A DNA stretch of 64,000 nt from the human T2T-CHM13v2.0 reference genome, Homo sapiens, in assembly GCF_009914755.1 (NCBI RefSeq), contig NC_060936.1; one strand, written 5' to 3'. The notes under the pieces were generated by a model. It made no database searches. It was not told the DNA's origin and was given only the letters and a program-made list of their open reading frames with translations. How positions within the stretch are numbered: the stretch's first letter is position 1; every line of letters starts with the position of its first letter. The position numbers were made by a program, and so were the translations under genes. Positions 14,053 through 25,440 of this stretch are shown here, piece after piece.

Positions 14053-14805
14053 TTTCTGGCTCCAACCACCAATACCATTGTTAGTTTGTCTTCTGAAAAA
14101 ACTCATGAATTGTCCTACAGGATATTCATCTTATTAACAGAGTACCCTTTCAGAATCCACATATAACACATTACCAAACCATACACAAAAATAATCTCTT
14201 TCCCTAAGGATAATGTACTTAGTATATTAATAAAGGAAAAAGAAAATATTAATCTCTGTGCCTTACTATTGCAAAAGTGATTGTCTGTTTTGATCACTCC
14301 AGATATCATAAATTCACAGAGACTCAACAAAAACACCCAAGATGCACACATGACACTACTACAACAAATTCAACCATGGAAGAAAGTTTTTGATTTTAAT
14401 CAAAGCACCTAAAGTTAAATTAAAGTTGGGTTGGCTATTTATAGGAACACTCTAACCCAACATGAATCAGAACAGTATCTACAGTGTTTGAAGTTATTTT
14501 TTTAACTCTGACTTCCTAATGATCACATTTAAGTGTTGCTGTAAGAATTTGTCCTAAATCTCTAATAATCATTCAATAAGTTAGTACCTGAATCAAAGAT
14601 AACCAAACCAAATAATTGAAACACATACTATTCATTTTAAAACAAGAAAGATATAGCATATAGGCAACTAATATTAAAATAAAAGTTTATTTCCAAAGAA
14701 TAAATAGGCCAAAACTGAAATCAAATTCCTAAAACAGGCATTTGTAGAGAAGGTCTTGATTCTTAGATTGTGTTCATTTCTGCCTTTAGAAATGAAGACA
14801 CATAT

Positions 14806-14880
14806 TTCGTATACATATACATATATACACATCATATATATACATATAAATATATATACATATGTGTAAATATAGAATAT
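14806..14880. repeat. (TA)-rich low-complexity tract
   Basis: atacatatacatatatacacatcatatatatacatataaatatatatacatatgtg. Confidence 0.8.
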
Positions 14881-15812
14881 TTTGAAGCAGCACTTACATT
14901 TCATGTTAATATAAAATTTACCTAGTTTATTTCAAAGCCATTTATAACAAATTGCTTATGCTTTATTCACTCTGTCTCTCTTAATGAAAAATTTATTTTT
15001 CCTTTTCTGATTTCCTGAATATTTAGGATTCACTTTGTCCTCTTCTTATTCATTCCAATTCTCCTTCTTTTCTGAGGGTAAAGATATATATTTATGAATC
15101 ATTCAGCAGGTCAGCCACATGTAGATTCTACATTGCTACAAGCATATGTTACTTGTATCCTGCTTTCTGATTTTGTGATTGACAGCATGAGTTTAAGGGT
15201 GACTGTGTTTATTTTCTGCAGTTTAAGATCGATAGAAGTTCAGCAAAGCATATTCACTGATATCTAATATTGCTTCCCTGATGACAGTAGGAATGAAAAT
15301 TGACACATGAGCTCTTTGAACTTCAGGAAAAGAAAAACCTTACCAGACTGTGGGCTAATGCAAATAGTGACACAAATTAACTTTGAAAATGTTGAGAATA
15401 CAATAGCAAGAAAGAAATTTGACAGTGAGCCAATAATAATGTCAAGAAATTATGGAATTTTTTCAACAACTTTTCACTTTCTAAATTGAAAACATGAGCA
15501 TTATTCTTTTTATAAGGCAGGTATTATATATTTTATTAATTTGCCTTCAAAAATGAATTCAATTATATGATGCAAAATTAAGTAAAGAATACATTATACC
15601 TTGGGCTCTGTGCTGACAAGCAGTTAGAAAGCAAATTGTTGCTATAAAACCAGAGCAGAAACTACTAAGAACATGTCATCATTGCTGAAGCCATTATTGT
15701 CATATAAGTTTTAGAAGAGAAAGTAATACAACGTCTGATTTCTTTTAAAATCAGCTATTATGGCTCAAATTTACATAGCAAAGACAAATAATGTAAGTTA
15801 ATAACATTAATA

Positions 15813-16145
<333 letters not shown>

Positions 16146-16691
16146 TTAATATAAATTATAACAATTATGTAATTTATATTATATTATATAAATTATAACA
16201 TTAATATAAAATTTATAGCAATATGAAAAATATTTTCCCATAGTTTCTAGTTAGTCAAGATTTTGAAATTGGTAGATGAAGGTTCAATTTTTTTAATCCG
16301 GCTAGTCTCTTTTTAGTCCTTAAATAAACCATGCTTTTGCATAGGTCCTTAATGTTCCTGATGCCTGTAACTCTACAAGTACTTTCAGTGGAATTTCTAC
16401 CTACACTTTGGCTCTCGGTGTAGGAAAAGACCCTCAGTATGTGTTATATATTCCCTTCAAATGTTCCACAGGGTTTTCATTTTCTCAGTCTGAGATTTTA
16501 TCATACATAGTGTATTTGCTGCTTGTCTTTATTCTTCATAAAATGTAAAAATTATGAGGACAGGAACCAAATCTACTACCAGTGTCTAATATCAATTATA
16601 TTAGCAATAAATAGTTGCAGTATGAAACAAATAAGTTAAATAGCATATCCTAGAAAAATTATGAGTATGTCTGTCTCCACATGCAACTGTC

Positions 16692-16970
16692 TTTTCTGTT
16701 GTTTTGAGACGGTGTCACTCTGTCACCCAGGCTGGAGTGCAGTGGCAGGATCTCAGCTCACTGCAGCCTCTTCTCCTGGGTTCAAGCAATTATCCTGCCT
16801 CAGCCTTCTGAGTAGCTGGGATTACAGGTGCCCGCCACCATGCCTGGCTAATTTTTGCATTTTTAGTAAAGATGGGGTTTCGCCATGTTGGCCAGGCTGG
16901 CCTCACGTGATCCGCCTGCCTCAGCCTCCCAAATTGCTGGAATTACAGGCATGAGCTACCACGCCCAGCT
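16692..16970 (-). mobile_element. AluS with a small internal deletion
   Basis: Reverse Alu from gagacggtgtcactctgtcacccaggctggagtgcagtggc to ccacgcccagc. Confidence 0.93.
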
Positions 16971-17462
16971 TACAACTATCATTTTTTAATAAGAAAAAAG
17001 TAGTGTCTCATTAAGCTTTTTACCACCAATGCCTAACATTAGGCCAAGAATATGATATATATTTAATACATATTTTATTAAATAAAGGCATGTTCAAACA
17101 GATATTAGGGAGACACATCTGAATGAAGAGAAAAATCCTGAAACGTACTAACTCCAAAACTTGTTTCTACCAAAGGGAAAAAAAAGAAAAATAATTCCTC
17201 CCCATGTCAAAAGACAGCATTGTTTACTGATGGGCAGACTTAGCAAAGTCTTTTATTTACAGTAAGCCCTGATATCATAAGCTAATGTGAGACCTCTCTT
17301 CTGCTTCACACCCCAGTTATTACCTAAAGTGGATCCCCCATTTCCTCTTCAAATAGGCAAAATGTTTTTGCTTAAAAAAATAAAAATAAAAAGATACAGT
17401 TCATATTGGAGGTGAAAACAGGCATATGCTTAGAGTACAGCATCTAAAATTAAAATATTGTG

Positions 17463-17683
17463 AGCCTGGGAAACATAGAGAGCTTCATCTCTATGAAACA
17501 TTAAAAAAAAATAGCAGGGCATGGTGACACATGTCTTAGGTCCCAGCTAATAAAGAGGCAGAGGTGGGAGGATCCTTTGCATCTGGGAGGTCGAGGCTGC
17601 AGGGAGCTGAAGTTGTGCCACCACACTCCAGCCTGGGCAACAGAGTGAGACTCTGTCTTAAAAAAATAAAAATAAAATAAAAA
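17463..17683 (+). mobile_element. 5'-truncated AluJ
   Basis: gaggtgggaggatc ... gaggtcgaggctgcag ... ccagcctgggcaacagagtgagactctgtct with an A-rich tail. Confidence 0.88.
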
Positions 17684-17799
17684 ATATATTTTTTTCCTCT
17701 GTGGACACCAATGTGGGTGGCATTTACTGTTTGCCATGTGTGGAATTAAGTTTCACCCACTAAGCTGTGGCAAAACTCATATTTCAGGGTGACAAAAAC

Positions 17800-17960
17800 A
17801 TAGTCTGGGAAATCAGAAAAGCCTAGGGTAGCTGATTCCTCGCTCTGCTACAGACTAAGTGTAGAATGTTGGGAAAATCACTTACACACTTTAAGTATCG
17901 ATGCCTTCAATTGGAGGAAGAAAATAATACCTAATTCATGGGGATTGAAAAGATTAAATT
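17800..17960 (+). mobile_element. MIR fragment
   Basis: ctctgctacagactaag ... ttgggaaaatcactta ... ataatacctaattcatggggattgaaaagattaaa. Confidence 0.6.
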
Positions 17961-20804
17961 TGCAATCCTGTCAGATTCTCTTTTCTTTCGTTCCTCACAA
18001 ACTAGCTCTATAATGCTCCTTTGAAAGGCTGGAGTTCTACAATACCAAAACTATCATTTTCTCAGATGCTCTGATTTCCCGACCACTTCATAATTACCAA
18101 TGATGGTGTCTGTGATGCTTGGCGGTAACCATCAATAACTGAATTGTTCTTTTCCTAATCCAGGTACTATCTGTGGGTAATTTTGCTTAAAGCAAACCCA
18201 TGTTCAAGTCCGCAAGAATGTTTAAAACATTTTCATCGCTCTGGTTTAAAATTCAAACCATAAAATCAAAGGATGGACAAATTATCACATTTTTCTCTAG
18301 CCAAGGTTTTTTTTCTTTTTTTAATTTTTCGCTATCTGATTTGTGGTGCTAACTAAATTCATTTCCCTGGGTTTTCTAACATTTTTAGTCTCTTGACACT
18401 CAGCATATATTTCTGTTTCAAAAAAGTCCCAACTCTACAATTTTTGTTTTTAGGATTATTACTTTTCCTATGGCTTTAAAAGGGGTTTAATTTGAAATAC
18501 TAAGCTGAGCAATAATGTCTTTGTTATTGGCTGTATTTCTTTATGCCAAAGCAAATGAAGAACTTTCAAAGCTATTCAAGTATTGCCAAAAAGTCAATGG
18601 TTGCCCCAAGTCTCTGAAAGACGAATTATCAACAGGTATCTAAAAGTATTATTTGCCACAAAGATTTGCACAAAAAACTAAACCAGAGAATTTTAAGGGG
18701 CCCTTTTTATCAAATTTGACAACAAATGGTGCCATACTCCATCACCTTCTCAAACTTCTGGATTTCTTCTCAGCTCACAGTATAGTTTACCACTAGCAAT
18801 AATATATATATAAAACATTTCACATTTATAACAACACCTGATGTGTAGTAAGTCAATAAATGGCGTGTAGTACCTCAATAAATGGTAGGTAACATTTTAA
18901 CCAAGTATGATGACTTCTTACAGAAAAAAATTGCAGATTTTTATTTGTTCTATTATATTGGGACCATTAGGATCCCATCTAATTTTGTAAAGAGCCCTTT
19001 GTTAAATTATGATTGGGGAAGGCACAATAATATTTATCACCAACTGCCTTAATCTTTTTTTAATTTCAGGCTATGTATCCTAATATGAGTTAGTCATTTC
19101 ACAGTTGACATGATCTTCTATTTAGTTTATCTATAAAAATTATAGCAAATTCATGAATTTATTTTGAATGTTCCTCTCTGACCTTCATCTATTAGCTTTA
19201 TACCTTCATGTTTTTATTTGCCTGTTTCTAATTTTCATGGAATTCTGCCCATGGGCAGAGATTAAGCATTAACTAAGAAGCTCTCTAATCTGTTATACTA
19301 TTAATTTGAATTCACTTTTGATCAGTTATTAAAACATCATTTTAAGACCATTTGATTGCTAATACTTTTTATTTTGTAGTGTTTAACAATGAAAACACAT
19401 TTATAGTAAAATATTAAGCATTTGTGACTAATCAGAGCTACAAATTATCTTAACAGTAAAGTAACACAAAATTAATAATTATCATAATCTCCATAGACAT
19501 GGAACTTTCAGCACTATAGAGGCCACTGTGGGGGAAAAAAAGTCAGTAAAATATATTTCCATTCTCTGTTTCACAGGTGTGTTGGAGGAAGATTTCGGAC
19601 AGTTTCCAAGTTTTCAAACCTGGCTTTAGGGATCATGTAATGCCCCTTACTGTGTCCTGTTACCTATAAGTAACAAAATCAAAGTTCTATGGCTATTGTT
19701 TACAAATGGCTAGGACAAACTCATGCTCTTTCCCTTTGCTAAAACAATTTCGATCCCTACAATCTTTCTTTTAATTTTACACTGTCATTATGTCTAAGGA
19801 ACATATCTTTTTAAAAACATTTTATTTTAAAGGAACATTTGAAGGTGCTTGGCTGGTGGTAGGTAGCTAAGAACTCAGAAGAATTTGAAATAAGAGTCTA
19901 TGCCCACTTCTGACATGGTTCAATTAGGTAGTAAAGCAGTTGTAAGATTTACAAGGATCTCAGCACAAGAAACAGCGGAGGGAGAGTGGCTAAGATCAAC
20001 AAGCTACCTGCATTTTCACAAGAGCTTTTCATTTGTGCCTCTCTCTCTGCCAGAGGAAACAAGCAGAATTTGATAACCAGTTGCCCTGGACATTGTTGGA
20101 GCAAGAGACCTTGAATCATTGTTGTTCCTATATTTTTGTTTTTTCCCCTGAGTTTTAGCTTCCCTTGGGGGCTTTGGGGCAGGAGTGTTAAAGACTGAAA
20201 GAGGATTTGAATTACTGACTATGAGAGCCTCTGGTACAACTGTGTTAGTTCTAGCTAGTAAACTCAGAGTTTATACTAGAACGACTATGCCAGCCATGTT
20301 TTCTAAACACTGTAAAGAAGCAATACATAGAAACTATCTGTGTTGTCAGTTTATCAAGATTTTGTAATTTTAATAAGCCCAGTCATTTGATAATATATGA
20401 GGAAAACACCATTGATTAAAACAAATATTTCTTGGAAGACAGCTTCAGATAAACACATGTCTAGAAGCAGAGGGGAGGAGTGGTCACACAGAGGAAGTGT
20501 TGGGATCTGCTAGCAAAAAAAAAAAAAAATTCACTACATTTTTTCCACAAGAAAAATGTGTAGTCTATTAAATTCCAAGCACTATATATCAAATCCTATA
20601 GAAAAAAAAATTATGTGTGTCTGTGTGTGTGCGCTCATTTCCCTTAAAATAATTGAGTGTCATGAGATTGAAATGCATAGGAAAGACCGTTGAACTATTG
20701 TCCCATATCCCAAAGTATTTAAAAATCTGAAAAGCTCAATCGAATTATACAAAGCCACATTTAGGGATATTATAGCTTGTTTTTAAAGGCATCATGTATT
20801 TTGA

Positions 20805-21038
20805 GACAACACTAATGGAACTGAAGGTCATTATCTTAAAAAGAAATAATTTGGAACAGAAAGTCAAGTACTACATGTTCTCACTTAAAAGTAGGAACTA
20901 AAAAATGGGTACACATGGACATGCAGAGTGGAATACAGAGACTACAGAAGGTAGGAGGAGTTGAGAGTTGAAAAATCATCCTCGGGTAAAATATTCACTA
21001 TTTGGGTGATGCGTACTGATTATATGCATATAAGAAAC
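20805..21038 (+). mobile_element. L1 (L1PB/L1MA-type) 3' UTR fragment, host of the COX5A retrocopy; resumes at about 21684-21740
   Basis: atggaactgaaggtcattatc ... catgttctcactt ... tttgggtgatg ... tatatgcatataagaaac, continuing after the pseudogene as ctctacctgtacctcctaaatacataaa plus an A-rich tail. Confidence 0.85.
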
Positions 21039-21683
21039 AGGCACGTGGCACGAGCACACACCAGGCTTCTCTCTGGCCTCAGCTCTCCCCTACTGTACCA
21101 TAGAATCAGCCACCCAGGTAGGCCCTCCAGGCCTCCTGCACCCCACTCTAGTCCCTGGCCCACTTCAGTTCACTGCAATTCCCATGGGTTTCACGAAATA
21201 AATGAGAAGTTCGATGCTCGCTCCGTGACATACTGCAACAAGCCAGATATAGAGGCCTGGGAATTGCATAAAGAAATGAACACATTTATTATCTACTATC
21301 TGGTTCCAGAGCCCAAAATTATTGATGCTGCTTGTAGATGGTTAAATGATTTTCCTAGTGCAGTTCTCATCCTAGAGATTGTTAAAGACAAAGCAGGACC
21401 TGATAAAGAAATCTACCCCCATGTCATCTGAAACTTAGACAAATTTTAAATGTATTGGGCATATCCACTCTAGAGGAACATGGCCTTGAGAAAGTGTAAA
21501 CCCCACGGATGTGCTTCCCAAGGATTTGTTGGAATTGCTACTTGATTGTAGTCACGTGGAAATACTGATGATAACATATTACCTTATTTGAACAAGTTTT
21601 CCTTTATTGAGTACCAAGCCATGTAATGGTAACTTGGACTTTGAAAAACGGGAAATGAATTTTAACTGAAAATAAAAAAAAAA
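21039..21683 (+). pseudogene. COX5A (processed pseudogene): Processed pseudogene of cytochrome c oxidase subunit 5A
   Basis: Translation [35 protein letters not shown]...[10 protein letters not shown]...[29 protein letters not shown] matches COX5A. Intronless, with 5'UTR-like start, original stop aaagtgTAA (21497-99), 3'UTR and poly(A). Lesions: native ATG region deleted, LRA codons deleted, frameshift/stop at about 21429. Confidence 0.97.
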
Positions 21684-22271
21684 GCTCTACCTGTACCTCC
21701 TAAATACATAAATACTAAAAAAATAAAAAAATAAAAAACAATAACCTCTTTTATTGATTGGTTGATTGATTCTCTTATTCAATACTAGTTATAAATTTTA
21801 ACACTATACATAGAATTGGAAAGGAAGGAACAACTTATAGAACTCTGAAGTTAGGAACCAAGTAAAAAGCCAGAACAAGAAGCACAAGCAGGGTGTCCTA
21901 AGAGCACAGCAACAGTAGGCAGACATCGGCAGCCATATGTGAAATCAAGGCAAGCAAAGAATTTTTCCATATGTAACATGAGGTAGGGTTCCCAGAGAGG
22001 GCCTCCCGTTTTCAAAAGGAGAGAATCACTACCAAAAGCAAGATAGGAAGCACAATTAGCCAGTTTGAATCAAATTATTACTCACTTTTTCATTAAGTTA
22101 TTCATTTTTTAAATGTATTAGGTGGTTTATTTGTGACTACAATTGTTTCCTTAGGTCCAAGAGATAACAAGGTTAATGAAACAGAATATTTACCTTCAAA
22201 AACTCATTTCTGCAATATGCAAAAACTCTTTGACAGGTTGCACTCATAGGACATTTAGAATACAGCAAGTA

Positions 22272-22574
22272 GGCCGGGCGCGGTGGCTCACGCCTGTAAT
22301 CCCGACACTTTGGGAGGCCGAGGTGGTTGGATCACGGGGTCAGGAGATCGAGACCATCCTGGCAAACACAGTGAAACCCCGTCTCTAATAAAAATACAAA
22401 AAAATTAGCTGAGCAAGGTGGCAGGCCCCTGTGGTCCCAGCTACTCAGGAGGCTGAGGCAGGAGAATGGCGTGAACCCAGGAGGTGGAGTTTGCAGTGAG
22501 CCGAGATCATGCGACTGCACTCCAGCCTGGGCGATAGAGCGAGACTCCGTCTCAAGAAAAAAAAAAAAAAAAAA
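22272..22574 (+). mobile_element. AluY-type element
   Basis: ggccgggcgcggtggctcacgcctgtaatccc start and Y diagnostics; TSD agaatacagcaagta / aggatacagcaagta. Confidence 0.96.
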
Positions 22575-22905
22575 AGGATACAGCAAGTAACATACATATT
22601 TCACAAAATAAATGAGAAGTATTTGCAATGACAGTTTGTAGAATAAAGTAAATCAGGCATAGCGTACAAAAACAAGTCTTCATGTATTTGAATTGGACCC
22701 CTTCTATTTTCTCTGCCCAGCATCCTTTCTTACCGGGAATTAATGAAGAAAGATCTTTCTCTTTTCAGATAGGTGAATCTAAGAATAGGTAAATTCAAAA
22801 ACTTTTCTTGGCCATATTTTGCCTGTAGGCCAACAAGCAGGAAAAGGTAGATGAAAATGAGAGAAAAGAATAATGCAGCTATGTAGAGATAAGTAAAAGA
22901 AAGCA

Positions 22906-23000
22906 TGAGGTGGGGAGTGGGGATATGGAGTGGGGGGAGGGGACATGGCCTGAGGTGGGGAGTGGGGATATGGAGTGGGGGGAGGGGATATGGAGTAGGG
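22906..23000 (+). repeat. G-rich 45-bp tandem repeat (2 copies)
   Basis: tgaggtggggagtggggatatggagtggggggaggggayatgg at 22906 and 22951. Confidence 0.92.
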
Positions 23001-23376
23001 AAAGCAATGAGTTGGAGGTAGACAGAGAAAGTGTCCTATACGTCCTGTGTTTTCCAGTACATCTTTTGCTTGTTTCTGTCTCTTTTGACACTTCCTAGAC
23101 CTTGAATTCCCAGAGATATTGCAGCACTTTTCCAATGAATGCATTTTTTTTTCACTCTAGCCAAACAATGGAAAAACCCAAATCCTGGAAGAAAATGTCA
23201 AGTCTAGTACCAGACTAGGAGAAAGGATAATAGCATAAAGTGGCATCTCTTTTAAACAAGAAACCCGACGCAAAATTGTATACATAGGTGAACTTTTTAA
23301 CTAGATGTATTTTTCTTTCTTTCATAAACTTCTCTTTGAAAGTCTAGTGCTTTTTTCCAAATTAAAATGGTAATCA

Positions 23377-23545
23377 GTCCAGGCACAGTAGCTCACTCCT
23401 CTAAACTCAACACTTGGGGAGGCCAAGGTGAGAGGCTCTCTTGAGCCTAGGGGTTTGAAGCTACAATGAGCTATGATGGTGCCACTATATTCCAGCCTGA
23501 ATGACAGACCAAGACCTTGTCCTCCCAAAAAAGAAAAAAAAAAAT
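23377..23545 (+). mobile_element. Monomeric Alu (FRAM/FAM-like)
   Basis: Single ~150-bp Alu arm ending ccagcctgaatgacagaccaagaccttgt plus poly(A). Confidence 0.8.
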
Positions 23546-24639
23546 AAGTATTTGCCATCTGAATCTGTCCCTTACATGTTCTAGTCAAAGTTCTTTTGGT
23601 CATAAGTAATATAATTTGATCAGTCTAGCTCACATAAAAATGGCAAGAATCATGAACGGAAATAAAACAGTTAATTTTCAGAATCCAGAATAAAGAATTA
23701 GGGAAGTGCCAGTTTCTAAAGAAGCCACTGTCTGTATATTTCCTTTCTTCTAGGATTTCTGTGGTCTCTTCTCTGTGTGCATCCATAAAATTTCTCTCTC
23801 TGAAGACTGTCACTCTCAGCTTCGTCAAAGTTTCTACACATTCTGTTAACTTGGGCTTGAACTTGGCTTGAGCTGGCCATTGTATTAACTTTGCTCTACA
23901 TTTTATCTTAGTCTCCTCCTGGAAACTTACTAATCCAAGTGTCTCAGAATTTAAGAAAAGGAAGGAGAGAGAATCTGTTTTATGACTGCTCATAAATTGG
24001 ACTTGATTCTTTTAAACAATCAAGGCAAAAACTTTGGATTGCAGTGAAAAATTTATTGATAATAATTAATAAGATGATCTAATAGATTTCCTCTGCTTCA
24101 GATTTATTTTAGCTCTGGTATATTAAAATTGAATATATATTACAGAAATTAAAACAATCTTACGATAAGGTATCAATAATATATTTTTTGAACTTGAATT
24201 AATTGAGATGACAATTCATTAAAATGATTCTTACTAACCTTTATTGTTTACAAGCAAATCCTCAGTTATGTCTTTCCAACTACTCTTTGCTAAGGGAAAC
24301 CTTTTTATTTGTTTTTTTAATTACTGGAACCTTTTATTATTGTTGTTATTATTATTACTTCTTAAGATTTTTATTTTTTAAGTGAAAAACACGAAACATA
24401 TTAGCAGATACTGGGCTGAGGACTGTCTATTGCTGGGGAGAAATAGTAGTAAACAGATGTAAAACAAAATAACCAAGAAATAAACTACGTTAATAATTAA
24501 TACAAATATAGTTGTCAAAAAATCACAAAAAAAATAAGGTTATTTCATTTATTAGCATTCAAAAAAAAAGGTAATATTGACTATAGGGCCATTGGGAATT
24601 ACATTTTCTTTTATTTTAGATTGTATACTGTATTTTTTA

Positions 24640-24865
24640 TTAGTTTGTATTTTTATTGATTTATTTTTATTTTTTAATTTATTTTTTATTTCAAGTAGGT
24701 TTTTGGAGAACAGGTGGTGTTTGGTTATATGAATAAGTTCTTTAGTGGTGACTTCTGAGATTTTGTTGCATCCATCACCCAAGCAGTGCACACTCTACCC
24801 AATGTGTAGTCTTTTTTCCCTCAACCCCCTCCCACCTTTTCCCCTAAGTCCCCAAAGTCCATTGT
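24640..24865 (-). mobile_element. L1PB1-like 3' end
   Basis: T-rich tail, then aggtttttggagaacaggtggtgtttggttatatgaataagttctttagtggtga ... ccccaaagtccattgt. Confidence 0.88.
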
Positions 24866-24971
24866 TAAACTCATCTTTTAAATATCATTTACAACAGTAT
24901 CTTCTTGACTCTCTGGGTGATTTTCTTTGTTCGTCAATTCTAAGGTTTTTGTCAACTACTTTGGCATAAAT

Positions 24972-25440
24972 TTTCCTTTTTTTATTTCCAACTTTCATTT
25001 TAAATTCAGAGGTACATGTGCAGGATTTGCAGGTTTGTTACATAGGTAAATATGTGCCATGGTGGTTTGCTGCACAGATCATCCCATCCCCTAAGTACTA
25101 AGCCCAGCATCCATTAGCTATTCTTCCTGATGCTCTCCCAACCCCCACTTTCCAACAGGCCTCAGTGTGTGTTGTTTCCCCATTGTGTCCATGTGTTCTC
25201 ATCATTCGGCTCCCACTTGTAAGTTAGAACATGCAGTATTTGGTTTTCTATTCCTGCATTAGTTTGCTGAGGATAATGGCTTTCAGCTCCATCTATATCC
25301 CTGTAAAGGAGATCATCTTGTTCCTTTTAAGTCTGCAGAGTATTCCATGGTGTATATGTACTACATTTTCTTTCTGCATTCTATCATTGATGGGTATTTA
25401 GGTAGATTCCATGTCTTTGCTATTGTGAATAGTGCTGCAA
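24972..25440 (-). mobile_element. L1PA (about PA13-14) 3' end, 5'-truncated
   Basis: ggtacatgtgcagg ... cataggtaaatatgtgccatggtggtttgctgcacagatc ... gctattgtgaatagtgctgcaa. Confidence 0.92.

Noticed and set aside
20961-21431. Functional COX5A paralogue
   Set aside because: Intronless with poly(A), native start lost, in-frame deletion and a frameshift removing the C-terminus; the listed ORF starts at a TTG in L1 sequence
22779-23144. 121-aa Pro-rich ORF (SPPPTPYPHSPP repeats)
   Set aside because: By-product of the C-rich strand of the 45-bp tandem repeat
23625-23993. 122-aa minus-strand ORF
   Set aside because: No recognisable domain; appears to overlie a degenerate LTR-like repeat
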